A stretch of 64,000 bases of DNA from Trichormus sp. ATA11-4-KO1 (GCA_019358915.1 JAHHIM010000003.1:32001-96000); one strand, 5' to 3'. Numbered from the stretch's first letter, positions 9,949-20,275 are shown. Made by a program: numbers and translations. The notes: generated from the letters alone by a model not told the origin.

Positions 9949-10521
9949 TTATTGTGGAGGTCTCACACAATTAGCTCCTCCAGGAGAATTTGCATCTGGA
10001 TAAATGGCTAAAGTGTGATATCCAGGTGTAACATCTTCGTATAGTATTCTAAAAGTATAGAGCTTAGTTCTACCTTGCCCTTCAGTAATTACTGTTAAAA
10101 GTGTATTGTCTGTTTTGGGCAATCCCGGAATTTTTAGTCTTTGAATTCGCCGGAGTTGAATAACATTCGCTGCTGAGTTTTTACAATCTCCTGAATTAAA
10201 GTTACGTTCTTGGCCGAACTGCATACACATCGGCCCATCAAAATCCATAGTTACCTGTGATGGGTCATTTAGCCAAACTTTTTTAATGGTTTCGCCAGAT
10301 GGAATAAAGCTTAAATTTGTTCCTTGCTGATAGGAAACTTCGAGAGTGGGTACTACTCCCCCCAAACCTTGTGCTTGGCAAGAAAACAGGGAACGAAGCA
10401 CAGCATTATTAGCGACAGCACGACCTGCTAACAATAATATTGCAGTAGAGAAAATCAAGGAAGCTAGGGGGAATAAATCTGAGTATTTTAAAGTTTTTCC
10501 TGTCAAGTTAATGTGTTTCAT
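9949..10521 (-). CDS. Exported T4SS-associated protein, VirB9-like by position
   Basis: Signal peptide, beta-rich (GTNLSF, GETIKKVWLNDPS, LLTVIT); last gene of the VirB4 operon. Confidence 0.5.
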   Translation of the reverse strand: MKHINLTGKTLKYSDLFPLASLIFSTAILLLAGRAVANNAVLRSLFSCQAQGLGGVVPTLEVSYQQGTNLSFIPSGETIKKVWLNDPSQVTMDFDGPMCMQFGQERNFNSGDCKNSAANVIQLRRIQRLKIPGLPKTDNTLLTVITEGQGRTKLYTFRILYEDVTPGYHTLAIYPDANSPGGANCVRPPQ

Positions 10522-10570
10522 GACTATACACAGGGGAGTGGGGAGTGGAGTAGTTCAATGTAATTACAAA

Positions 10571-12136
10571 TTACAACTGCATGGTTCTATTGACATAGAT
10601 TTCTACTTCTTTGCCAGCTGGTATGAACCAAACATTAGTTTGTTGCATCATTTGCGAGATTGCCTGTTGATTACGTTGTGAAATTTGGGGAACGATAGAG
10701 TTCAAACCACCTTCCACAATTCCCGCAGCTACGTTGCGTCGGGGGTTAGTTGTGGTGACTATAGTACCGGCAGCACCTTGGTTGACAACTTGGGTATCAG
10801 TACGATTAAATAGCTCTGCTGCTTTACCAATACCTCCCAAAATAAATAATCCTGCATCCATTCCCGCTATGGATGCACCTTGATTGGGAAATTTACTGGC
10901 TACTAAAGGTTTACCTTGGGGAGCGCGAACAATAATTGCACTTTTGGGTAAGCTCCTTTCTGTGAGTTGGCCGTTATCTTGCGAAACAACTTTGACTACA
11001 TCCAGATGTAGCAGTCCTTGTTCAGAAATAGAGCGAATTTCGGCTAATAATTCAGTATTAGCAGGTAAAGCAATTTCACCATCTACAGCTTTGAGTGGTT
11101 GTTGCAAACGCAAAACAAATACATTGGCATTTTCATCACTGTCATTATTCCTTGATCTCGTAGTTTCCCCAAATATGGCTGTTGCTAACACAGCTTTGGC
11201 GCTACTTCCTACTTTGATAGATTTTGAGTTTTGCGGTTGTGCTTGGCTAATTATGGGATCTTGCTGTGGTGGGGTTGGTTCAGGGTCGGAGTTTGTTACT
11301 TGGGCTTGTGCATTAGTATTGTTTACAGGTTCAGACCTAGCGGCATTCCTACTAGATTGACCAGTAGCAGACACCTGACCGTAGCTACCTAATTTTGCTA
11401 ACCTTGTCCATTCCTCAAGGGGATCGGGTGTAGATGGTTTAATGTCTGGGTGAGGAACTGGTAGAGGTGCTGGTGCAAGTGGCGGCGCAATAGCAATTGG
11501 TGGCACAGGAAGAGGTGGAGAAGAAGGTTTTTCAATGATGCGCTCAACTGTCACTACTCGGGGTGTAGAAGCCGCAGTTTGTACAGGTGTTGATGTTCTG
11601 GTGTTTGTCTGTGGAGTTTCAATCCTTGAAGCTGCTCTATTTCTGAGATTTTGTTGGGCTGCTGTCACCGCCTCTGCTTGTTCAGCCAAGGCTAATTTTG
11701 TTTTTAAAGTCTCTATTTCTTGTTCTAAATTTTGCCGGGAAGATTCACTTGTTGATGGCAATGCAGCTGTTGAGGAAACAAGATTATTCTCTCTTGGCTT
11801 TTGATTGCTGGTATTCATTACCTGCGATAAAAACACACCAGCCACCATAACTACAGCCAAGGTGGCGCTGCCTACCAAGGCTAACTTAGCAAAGGGATTA
11901 GATGATAGGGGTTGCTCAGTTTGCACTTCTTGTGGCTGAGATGGCGACGGCGGCAAACTAGCTGAGTCTTCTGCTAATGCTTCAACGTTGACCTTTGGGG
12001 CTTCTTCTTCAAAGCCAACCAATTTGGCCATTCTGGATTCCCAATCTAAAGACCCTACTTCTGGTTGGTAGTTGTCGGTGGTTGGTTTGATTAAACGTTG
12101 TGGAGAAAGTTCTGAGTGAATTGAATAAGAAGTCAT
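10571..12136 (-). CDS. TrbI/VirB10-family protein
   Basis: Single TM, coiled coil, long Pro-rich linker, beta C-terminal domain (IKVGSSAKAVL, IALPANTELL, WFIPAGKEVEIYVN). Confidence 0.75.
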   Translation of the reverse strand: MTSYSIHSELSPQRLIKPTTDNYQPEVGSLDWESRMAKLVGFEEEAPKVNVEALAEDSASLPPSPSQPQEVQTEQPLSSNPFAKLALVGSATLAVVMVAGVFLSQVMNTSNQKPRENNLVSSTAALPSTSESSRQNLEQEIETLKTKLALAEQAEAVTAAQQNLRNRAASRIETPQTNTRTSTPVQTAASTPRVVTVERIIEKPSSPPLPVPPIAIAPPLAPAPLPVPHPDIKPSTPDPLEEWTRLAKLGSYGQVSATGQSSRNAARSEPVNNTNAQAQVTNSDPEPTPPQQDPIISQAQPQNSKSIKVGSSAKAVLATAIFGETTRSRNNDSDENANVFVLRLQQPLKAVDGEIALPANTELLAEIRSISEQGLLHLDVVKVVSQDNGQLTERSLPKSAIIVRAPQGKPLVASKFPNQGASIAGMDAGLFILGGIGKAAELFNRTDTQVVNQGAAGTIVTTTNPRRNVAAGIVEGGLNSIVPQISQRNQQAISQMMQQTNVWFIPAGKEVEIYVNRTMQL

Positions 12137-12168
12137 AATGTATTACTTGGTTTTAATTTGCTGAGTTG

Positions 12169-12855
12169 CTAATTGCCAGAACAGGTATTATCTTTGATGT
12201 CACATATCTCGTAAATTTCTAGCCTAGCTTCGCCTAGGCGGTATGCTGCTAAATGCCAAGGTAGTGGTTTGGTTGGTAGTGAAGTTGCTGGTTCATCTAT
12301 TGCTCGCACTAAGATTTGTTTGTTAAATGGGATTGATGTTCCCAAATTATTAGAACCGGTAAAATTTAATTGATTTGCCAGCATTTCTACTTTCCAATTA
12401 CCATCAGCTATTTGGATTGGTTGAGAAATTTTTTGTACTACTAATACATATTCAGTTCCTTGATTAATATTGGCAAATTGCTTGGTTGAATTTAAATTAG
12501 TAATTTCTGACTGAAATCTTGGTTTCAAATCATTAGCTAAGAGTTGCGAACTAATTTCCCATACTGTTATTGGTGGCTGTTGTTGTGACCAGGTAAGCAT
12601 TAAGGTCATAGTTTCACCTACAAAGCGGCGAATTGTGTCTGGATGTCGCTCATAACTTTGTTTGGGGTCTGCGGTAATGGCACGACCATCGACAAGTTGC
12701 ACTAAAGTTTTAGGTGTTAACTGCTGCTTTAAATCTTGCAACATTGAACTGTGAAATAAAAGTAATAGCAAGCTAAATAAATGTAAACTGAATGTTCCTA
12801 CAGCTAAAAGTGGCAAGATGCTACTTTTTTTATTTTCTGGTTTTAGTAATTGCAT
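12169..12855 (-). CDS. Bitopic membrane protein, VirB8-like
   Basis: N-terminal TM, LVQLVDG, TIRRFVGETMTLMLTW; paralogous to 12889-13710. Confidence 0.55.
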   Translation of the reverse strand: MQLLKPENKKSSILPLLAVGTFSLHLFSLLLLLFHSSMLQDLKQQLTPKTLVQLVDGRAITADPKQSYERHPDTIRRFVGETMTLMLTWSQQQPPITVWEISSQLLANDLKPRFQSEITNLNSTKQFANINQGTEYVLVVQKISQPIQIADGNWKVEMLANQLNFTGSNNLGTSIPFNKQILVRAIDEPATSLPTKPLPWHLAAYRLGEARLEIYEICDIKDNTCSGN

Positions 12856-12888
12856 AAATACTAGAATAATATTAAATTCATAGGATAT

Positions 12889-13710
12889 TTATCTGATAAA
12901 GCTGCTAGAGGTTTGTCCGTTACATGGGTTAGATTTATCTTCACTAAGATTGCTGTAGTCATCTAATAAACATAAATTACGAATTTCGTAAATTTCCAAT
13001 TTATCAGTACGATTACTATAAATTGCTTTTTGGATATCAGTGCTAGTATCAGCTAAAGGGTAGGGATAATAGTCTACTGCACGTACCAGTAAATCTTTAT
13101 TAAATGGTGTTACTGTTCTTCTATCATCATCTTGTCTTTTTTGAATTAGGTCGGCTACCATCCCCACTCGCCACTTACCAGGAGCAATTTCTTCTGGAGG
13201 ATAAACCCGCTTCACAATTAACTCTGCTGACATAGCTTGGCTGGGATTGCTAGAGAAAACTTCTGGTGGTGTCATTTGCGCGATCGCACTTAAGAAACCT
13301 TTACGAAAATCTTCTGAAAAAGCAAAACTAGCTACCCAACTAGTGGTAGTAACTTTTTGGCTACCACCTTCTGGCGTTCTCACCATAATTCCTGGATCTG
13401 GTTGCGGTTTTGCGGCTGCTTCAATGGTTTGTGGTGGGAGGGTTCCAGACCAATTGAACATTGATGTCATGGTTTTACTGATGAATTGGCGAATTGCTTC
13501 TGGGTCTCTGGCTAAATCATCAGTAGCAGCTAGGGATTGACCATCGATCATTTGCACAAAGTTAGGCGGTTTTCTCAGACTGAGTTGGCGAATATTTAAC
13601 CCTTGCAAAATGAATACAAATAACACCAATAAATGCAAACTAAAGGTGGCGATCGCAAAGGTTGTGAGAATACTACCAGTTTGTTGTCTTTTTTTGAGTA
13701 AATTTACCAT
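12889..13710 (-). CDS. Bitopic membrane protein, VirB8-like
   Basis: N-terminal TM, FVQMIDG, AIRQFISKTMTSMFNW, PFNKDLLVRAVD, LEIYEI shared with the downstream paralog. Confidence 0.55.
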   Translation of the reverse strand: MVNLLKKRQQTGSILTTFAIATFSLHLLVLFVFILQGLNIRQLSLRKPPNFVQMIDGQSLAATDDLARDPEAIRQFISKTMTSMFNWSGTLPPQTIEAAAKPQPDPGIMVRTPEGGSQKVTTTSWVASFAFSEDFRKGFLSAIAQMTPPEVFSSNPSQAMSAELIVKRVYPPEEIAPGKWRVGMVADLIQKRQDDDRRTVTPFNKDLLVRAVDYYPYPLADTSTDIQKAIYSNRTDKLEIYEIRNLCLLDDYSNLSEDKSNPCNGQTSSSFIR

Positions 13711-13745
13711 TCTCTTATTTCCAACTCATCGATCATGCTGAAAAC

Positions 13746-14795
13746 TTATATCCTATCTTTCACCAAAGAAGCTGTACTATTAATAGCACTAAAAACTGCA
13801 AATCCTCCTGCACCAGCTACAACTAAAGATAAAAGTGGTGCTAAAATTCCTAGAAAAATTATGAACCACATTAAATCGGGATTTGCATTAGGATTTTCGG
13901 CAGGGCCATTAATAATGACTGCGGCAGTTAACGCGGCAATAATATTAAATGAAATCTTGGCTATTCCCGCCGAGAAGAATCCTGTCAGCCAGGCAAAAAT
14001 TGGTTTTCCAGCTACAGGTAACAAAGATGCACCCACAGCTAGAGGACCTAAAGCAGCTATCAGCAGCATAGTGGCTTCGATTAAATTCTGAAAAGCATAT
14101 TGCAAAGAAATTAAAAAGTTTTTGATACTGGTTTGAACTGTATTACCCAATAAAGCATTAAAGGTTGTTTCTGATAAATTTCCTGTACCGAATTTCAGTG
14201 AAATCACCTGATTTTCTAATCTTTGAATCCAAACTCTATTACCGTATAAATTTCTATATTCTCGCCAGAGAGCATCAATTTGGTCGCTGGCTCTAGCAAA
14301 GCATTGGGTTTGTTGTTCACCAGTTAGTGATTGACAAGGACGCAGTAAAGAACCAGCTACTTCTTCAGCTAAACTCATATTCAGTGCTTGCTGATAAGTT
14401 TGATTAGCATCAGCTGTAGTGACTACTTGCTGATTAACGGTATTAATAAAATTTCTAACTCCCAATGTCAAACTAGAAAGGATGCTGCCATCTCCCGCAT
14501 TACTTAACAGGACAACTACGATAAAAGGCCAAATCAAACCCGTTATGGGACGGGAATATTCGCTGTATATAACATCTTTGAGCCATTGCATCATAAAAAA
14601 TAGGAGAGTTCCTACAGCAAAAAATACACCCAGATTTGTCAGCGCTCCATATAAGTTATTACTGGTATTGTTTTGTAATAAATCTAGCCATTGATTATCC
14701 CAACTTTCAGCGATGCTTCTAGCAGTTGCCGCACCACTATCAAAAGTTTCATTAATCCCAATTTCCGGAAAGATTTGCAGAATATGCAGATGCAT
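13746..14795 (-). CDS. Polytopic membrane protein, VirB6/TrbL-like
   Basis: Several TMs flanking a central soluble loop; LLIAALGPLAVGASLLP; position in VirB4 operon. Confidence 0.6.
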   Translation of the reverse strand: MHLHILQIFPEIGINETFDSGAATARSIAESWDNQWLDLLQNNTSNNLYGALTNLGVFFAVGTLLFFMMQWLKDVIYSEYSRPITGLIWPFIVVVLLSNAGDGSILSSLTLGVRNFINTVNQQVVTTADANQTYQQALNMSLAEEVAGSLLRPCQSLTGEQQTQCFARASDQIDALWREYRNLYGNRVWIQRLENQVISLKFGTGNLSETTFNALLGNTVQTSIKNFLISLQYAFQNLIEATMLLIAALGPLAVGASLLPVAGKPIFAWLTGFFSAGIAKISFNIIAALTAAVIINGPAENPNANPDLMWFIIFLGILAPLLSLVVAGAGGFAVFSAINSTASLVKDRI

Positions 14796-14829
14796 TTTGG
14801 TTCACAGTTTTGCTGATAATAATTATTAA

Positions 14830-15597
14830 TTAATTCTCTTCTCTCCCAAATAAATCTGTTTGAGAAGTCGTGCGAATGAGTCTGGCGGCCTCTGTTGATG
14901 CATCTACTCGACGAGTGCGATTCATTGCTTCCATCTGTTGGGAAATGTTCGCTAAATTTAAGTTAGAGTATTGCAAAGATTGATGTGTTTTGATTGATTG
15001 AGAAAGTGCTTCACTGATGATTTTTGTTTGTTCTTGTTGGATTTTAATAGATTGTAACTGTAAGTTGCCTTTCTCGCCTTCTAATGCAGCTAATGGATTT
15101 GATTGACCTAGGTTTGTAGCAACACTAGCAAGTCTCTGAAAAATATTATCGGATTCTTGAGAAAGTTCTTCAATGTTATCAATGATAGTCTGAGTATTTT
15201 GCAACTGTGATTTTAAGCGGATTTGTCCATCTCTACCCATAACACTTTCTATGGAACTACGGGTAATTAGCCGACCGATTTCGTTACTAACTGAATTAGC
15301 TTGGATAACTGGGTTATTTTCAAACTTATCTGTTACTGGGTTAAACAAAATATCTTGGCGGAAACTTTTTACAGCCTCAATTGGGTTGGGTATATTCGAT
15401 TCTCCTGTGGCATTATTGAGAGCATTTTGACTTCTAATTTCCAGAGGTCTTAAGGTGTCGCTCAAATTATTTCTGAGATAATTTTGTATATCTACAGAAT
15501 AAGATTGAAAATCAGTCCAAACTTTGCCTAATTGTGCCATTGCTGGTAGGACTAATAAGAAGGAAAAAGCCAATGTGAAACAAGTAGTTTTCTGCAT
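14830..15597 (-). CDS. Secreted helical protein, VirB5/TrbJ-like by position
   Basis: Signal peptide (LPAMA-Q), Q/N-rich helical sequence, between VirB4-like and VirB6-like genes. Confidence 0.45.
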   Translation of the reverse strand: MQKTTCFTLAFSFLLVLPAMAQLGKVWTDFQSYSVDIQNYLRNNLSDTLRPLEIRSQNALNNATGESNIPNPIEAVKSFRQDILFNPVTDKFENNPVIQANSVSNEIGRLITRSSIESVMGRDGQIRLKSQLQNTQTIIDNIEELSQESDNIFQRLASVATNLGQSNPLAALEGEKGNLQLQSIKIQQEQTKIISEALSQSIKTHQSLQYSNLNLANISQQMEAMNRTRRVDASTEAARLIRTTSQTDLFGREEN

Positions 15598-15642
15598 ATG
15601 TGTAAATCTGAAAGAACGTGGACGAAATTTGAAATTACTCGA

Positions 15643-18390
15643 TTAACTACCACGCAGCGAAGCGATTAACTGCCGCGCAAATACAGAAATTGCTTCATAT
15701 TTATCGCTGTAATGCAGCATTACTTGTTGGCGTGCAGTTTGTTCATGAGGATTGTTAGCAACTACTGCTAATTGTGCGAAACCTGGATAGTAGCGGCAGA
15801 AGGTATAAATACCGTTATCATCTAGTAACCATTGGCTATAAACACCTTCTTTGCGAGGAAAAAAGCTTTCTGTGGCATTACGAGAAATAATATCGCCGGG
15901 ATATTTTAAGATGTTGACAAAACTATCTACTGCTACTGGCTGAATCCGACCGATTAATCTTGTGGATAAATTTTGCAAAATTTTCGATGCGGCTTTGGAT
16001 TTGGCGATGGTATCAGGGTCTTGTGCTGATAAGATGACTCTAATTCCCGCTTTGGCACCGTTGGCGCAAACTCTGCCGACTAAATCGGATATTTGGTCAA
16101 ATTCAAATAAAATTGGGGCTTCGTCAATAAAGAAGATAGAAGCTGGACTACTTAATGCACGTCGCAAAGCGGCGGAATAAGCACTTAAAGATAAGACGGC
16201 TGCATCTTCGTTATCTGAGAGGTTTCGCAGTGCAAAAACCAAAAGTTGAGCATCGGTGGGAAAGCTAGAGGGTGCAGAAATGGACTGTCCCACACGACTA
16301 GATAGCCAAAACCGCAAGCGCAGTTGAATTTGACTGAGTGCATCATCAACTCTGCCACTAACAGATTCTAATTGCAGATGTTCTGGTGAGCAGAAGTAGA
16401 GAAAGTCTCTTAAGGTAGGGGTTTTCTGCCATGCTTCACTGCCAAATCCGCCGGCTATAGCTTGTTTATATCGTTCTTTGATCCCGTTATCTGCAAAGAA
16501 AGCGCCTAAAGCTAAGTTGATCAGGGAACGCACAGTTTGAGCCAGCAGCTGACTTTCAGTAGATGACCCTAAAACCATTGTCATTAAGGCTGATTCTAAA
16601 AAGCCTGTATAATCGAGCAGGCGATCGCGCTGTTCTTCTGGAGAAAGCGATCGCAAATCTGGCTGTTCAAATAAATTATTGGATTGTTTGGAAATATCAA
16701 AATACGCTCCATTCCTTCCCATGAACTCTGTATAGTCGGTAAAGGTGGATGAGCCATCGGGTTTGGGAAAGTCTAAAGCGACTACGGGAATTCCATGAGC
16801 TAAGGCTTGAGTTAAAATTCCTGACACCAAAACCGATTTACCAGCACGCGTTGTCGCAAACAGCGCTAAATTTTTGTGTTGGTTAAACAAATCTAGATGT
16901 ATTGGTGTTCCTCCTTCTTCAGCAATCAACTCAAAGCCGTGGCTATCTCCGGCTTTAGTTAACACTAAAGGCATTAATCCAGGAACTTCGCTGGTTAAAT
17001 ATAACTGGCGGCGATTAAAGGGTTTTACTAACAAACCTTCCCAAACAATTGGTAGAGATTGTAACCAAATTTTCCAGGTATACTCTACTTCCCTAATTAC
17101 CTGTGCTGGACGTTGAAAACAGTTTTCAATGTATCTTGTGGCTTCATCTAATTTTTCTACGGTGGGACGATGCACAAAAATAACTATGCTTGTATATATC
17201 GGTACTGCCCCTTCATATAATTGTTCTTGCGCTGCTACTGATTTCTTTAACTTTAATTGAGCGCTGACATCAATTGTTTTACTTTTTTCTTGCGCCATGA
17301 GTGCTGTCATATTTGACTGCTTCAGCACTCGTTGCAAAGTAGTTTTTACTAATGCAGGATTAGCAGCAGTTAACTCACAAAAAATTTCCGTATCTACTAC
17401 TGTTTCTCTAGCTAGCAGTTCCCACAAATAACGCATTTGAGCAAATTTATTTTGCCAACCTCCGGGTTTTTCCAGAAATGTTAGTGCCCCAATGTAGCGA
17501 TTTTTCACATTCACCCAACGGCGATCAGCACAGGGTACGCCAGACTCCATCAGTAACGTGGTACTGTGGATATTTTCTATGAGCAATTTGGTACTAGCTA
17601 AATCTGAATTAACTTGTTCATGCAGTCCATTTTCATCTAAATGAAGTAGTTGGGGAATTTCTATAGGTTGTGTATCATTAAATTGCTTCCAGGCATGTTC
17701 CCATAATTCCTCAGCAGTTAAAGGTTTGACATCTAAACCCATTTTGTTAGATAAAAGCTGTTCCCAGCGTGAAAAACCTTGTTGGTAAGCTTTGATAATC
17801 AGAGTTTCGATGCGCTGGTTCTGCACATCTGCTAATTCACCTTTAAATTGCAACCACCATACTTCAGCTTTGGCTAAAAGTTTCTCGATCCAATCATCTG
17901 TATAGTTAGTATTTGGTTCAATAGTGTAAGTGACATAAATTCTGAGGAATTTCGGCTTGCGAATACCAGCATGAGTCAGTTCTTGAATTCTGGCTCGTTC
18001 TGCTGTTAATAAATATTTTATGTCCCGTGATGGTGTCTGTCTTACCAAATCTGCAAGTTCTTTTTGGCGTTGTTTATCTGAACTAAAAGACCCCATATGT
18101 AAGGTCATTTTTTCACCATCAGGAATGTCTTTTAAACCTGATTCAATATTATTAAATATCGTATCTATTTGTTCAGACCTCAAGGTAGTATGGATACCTC
18201 GACATTCAAAACCAAAAACAAAGCAAAACCGATCTTTTTGGGTTCCTTTGTTCAGAATATATGCACCAATATCGCGTCCATCTAGAGAAACGCGTAGCAT
18301 TGTTGCCAAATTTAAAGCATCTTCAAATGGTGTTAATCTACTTTCTTGACCTGCGAGGCCGATGCTTTGTTTTCCGATTTTTTGCTTCAT
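15643..18390 (-). CDS. virB4: VirB4-family T4SS ATPase
   Basis: 915 aa; C-terminal P-loop ATTRAGKS, Walker B IFFIDEAP, GAKAGIRVILSAQD; operon context with VirB10-like gene. Confidence 0.8.
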   Translation of the reverse strand: MKQKIGKQSIGLAGQESRLTPFEDALNLATMLRVSLDGRDIGAYILNKGTQKDRFCFVFGFECRGIHTTLRSEQIDTIFNNIESGLKDIPDGEKMTLHMGSFSSDKQRQKELADLVRQTPSRDIKYLLTAERARIQELTHAGIRKPKFLRIYVTYTIEPNTNYTDDWIEKLLAKAEVWWLQFKGELADVQNQRIETLIIKAYQQGFSRWEQLLSNKMGLDVKPLTAEELWEHAWKQFNDTQPIEIPQLLHLDENGLHEQVNSDLASTKLLIENIHSTTLLMESGVPCADRRWVNVKNRYIGALTFLEKPGGWQNKFAQMRYLWELLARETVVDTEIFCELTAANPALVKTTLQRVLKQSNMTALMAQEKSKTIDVSAQLKLKKSVAAQEQLYEGAVPIYTSIVIFVHRPTVEKLDEATRYIENCFQRPAQVIREVEYTWKIWLQSLPIVWEGLLVKPFNRRQLYLTSEVPGLMPLVLTKAGDSHGFELIAEEGGTPIHLDLFNQHKNLALFATTRAGKSVLVSGILTQALAHGIPVVALDFPKPDGSSTFTDYTEFMGRNGAYFDISKQSNNLFEQPDLRSLSPEEQRDRLLDYTGFLESALMTMVLGSSTESQLLAQTVRSLINLALGAFFADNGIKERYKQAIAGGFGSEAWQKTPTLRDFLYFCSPEHLQLESVSGRVDDALSQIQLRLRFWLSSRVGQSISAPSSFPTDAQLLVFALRNLSDNEDAAVLSLSAYSAALRRALSSPASIFFIDEAPILFEFDQISDLVGRVCANGAKAGIRVILSAQDPDTIAKSKAASKILQNLSTRLIGRIQPVAVDSFVNILKYPGDIISRNATESFFPRKEGVYSQWLLDDNGIYTFCRYYPGFAQLAVVANNPHEQTARQQVMLHYSDKYEAISVFARQLIASLRGS

Positions 18391-18715
18391 GGTTAACTTC
18401 TAGCACGCTTTGATAACGAGCAAAGCCTCTTGTCCACTTGGGAACTCCAACAAATTTGCTCAAAAAACGCCAACTTCTACCACCAGTTAATATCCACCAA
18501 GTTGCTATTCCCCAACCGGCGATTAATACTGTCCACAGCCATCTTTGAAAATCGTCTGGAAAAATTCCCCCAAAAATTCCGTTGATCATAAAGTAGGAGG
18601 CTAAAACAATCACAAGCCAAGGAAATATCTGATCAGCAGGAATCGGCCCTAATGATGGTTGTGATCCGAGGATTTGATTGACTGGGCGAAATTCTGGCTC
18701 TCGTTCTTGAGACAT
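18338..18715 (-). CDS. Small 2-TM membrane protein, VirB3-like
   Basis: Two TMs, overlaps the virB4 start; FRPVNQILGSQPSLGPIPADQIFPW. Confidence 0.55.
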   Translation of the reverse strand: MSQEREPEFRPVNQILGSQPSLGPIPADQIFPWLVIVLASYFMINGIFGGIFPDDFQRWLWTVLIAGWGIATWWILTGGRSWRFLSKFVGVPKWTRGFARYQSVLEVNHEAKNRKTKHRPRRSRK

Positions 18716-18758
18716 AAGCAGTTTCTTAACTTTGTTTCATCTTAATAGTAGAGATGAA

Positions 18759-19373
18759 TTAGTTACTACTATCACCAATTACAAAGCCTGTAAGGACATC
18801 AGCAACAGTGACAGCGACAACCACTAACAAGGGAACTCTAGCGATACTTTGCCAATCTTCATCTTTTCGTACTGCGTTAATCACACCAATTAGAGAAACA
18901 GCTATATAGAGTAAGTAAATCGCCCGCAGAACGTTGAATATTAAACTGACTGCTGTTTGGGTATTGCTGTTGCTTGATGTACCTTGTGTCAAAGTATTTC
19001 TAAAAAAATCTTCAGCTTTCCCAAAAAATTGTGCATGTGCAGGGGAGGCAAAGTAGTCTAGCCAAAATAAACAGAAGACGACAGATACTACCAAGATTTG
19101 TAATAGTATAAACCATCGCTTCGACAAATGCACCTGCTGACCAATTTGCTGGATGAGTATTGCTGTTAAACTACCAACCAGCAAACAAAAAAGCAGTATG
19201 GGACTTTTTAAACTAATAACGCTTAAAAATACAGCACAAGCAATCAAAAAGGGTAGCGATTCAACCACGCCAAGACGCCATGATGCTAAAGTCTGTCTCA
19301 ATATGTCAGATGTTCTCGCCGCACTAGTAGTTAAACCTTTGCCGAGTCTTCTTGCACTGGAATTTTTAGACAT
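18759..19373 (-). CDS. Pilin/VirB2-like membrane protein
   Basis: Hydrophobic leader, PAHA-QFF cleavage-like site, then two hydrophobic helices separated by RKDEDW; first gene of operon. Confidence 0.5.
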   Translation of the reverse strand: MSKNSSARRLGKGLTTSAARTSDILRQTLASWRLGVVESLPFLIACAVFLSVISLKSPILLFCLLVGSLTAILIQQIGQQVHLSKRWFILLQILVVSVVFCLFWLDYFASPAHAQFFGKAEDFFRNTLTQGTSSNSNTQTAVSLIFNVLRAIYLLYIAVSLIGVINAVRKDEDWQSIARVPLLVVVAVTVADVLTGFVIGDSSN

Positions 19374-20060
19374 TTGCCAATTTCCCTATTATCTATAACA
19401 AATATCAGTCTGATTCATCCTTAAAAGTTTTACCATTTAACATGAGCTAAGATTCATTCTTAAGAAAGAAATTTATGTCGCCAAAATATAATATATGTTC
19501 ATCCTGCTTCAACCTATTAAGGATGTATTAATCAATTCTTAACATTTAGTTAAATACATAATTTCATCACATGCCACAGTCATTCCTGAGCTTTATCTAT
19601 AAGTTATTACACTGGCAAGCAGAGAGTTTACTTTCTATATAGTTGAGTCAATTGTGCGTTAGGCTTACCGCGATCGCATCATTTATCTTGTGTACGCTTA
19701 CAGTCTCAATTATTAACTGTGCTTAAACATCTTGTATGTATCCGTACTGCACTGCGAAGCATAACTGTTGAGCGAAGAATGGAGAAAATGTCTGTGAAAT
19801 TTGTTTGAGAATGAAAATTTGATAGTTGAGATTTATACGTAAAAATTAGTTAATTTTTATACTTTAATTGTTATTTGCGTGATACTATCCAGAATCAGGT
19901 TACTAGATAGGTAGCAAAATGTCTAGTGTAGAAAACCACAATTATCATTATCCGCAGTGAAGGTTCATAGAAATTAGGGATTAGCTGCCCAATTTTGGCA
20001 CTGATGAGATTTAGCAGCTTATTTGCTATGTATCTTAGAAGAAGTGGTAGACCGTCACAC

Positions 20061-20158
20061 CTAGCCCTTTCAAGGTGGGTAAAAATTACCTAAAATTTTG
20101 TCCAATCTTAGTGCCTTTGTGGTTCAAATGTAGAGATGTTCCATAGAACGTCTCTACA
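20061..20158. repeat. MITE end (CTAGCCCTTTCAAGGTG) plus GTAG-type REP-like palindrome
   Basis: Reverse complement of the CACCTTGAAAGGGCTAG end at 46837/63422; TGTAGAGATGTTC-CATA-GAACGTCTCTACA at 20129-20158. Confidence 0.65.
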
Positions 20159-20275
20159 AAGGTTCTGGAAGACACATCTTTAATTTCTGGAGATGTCTTC
20201 CGATTCAGCAACACTAAATTAAACTAACAAACCGAAAAAAATCATATTTTCACTTAAATTCAATTCAAGAGAAGA

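Noticed and set aside
10346..18349. Antisense ORFs inside the T4SS genes (and similar shadow ORFs in housekeeping genes)
   Set aside because: Opposite-strand shadows of well-supported genes without independent evidence.
19734..19747. GTA-N8-TAC (NtcA-like) upstream of the T4SS operon
   Set aside because: Only the minimal core, no properly spaced -10 box; expected by chance in long AT-rich DNA.
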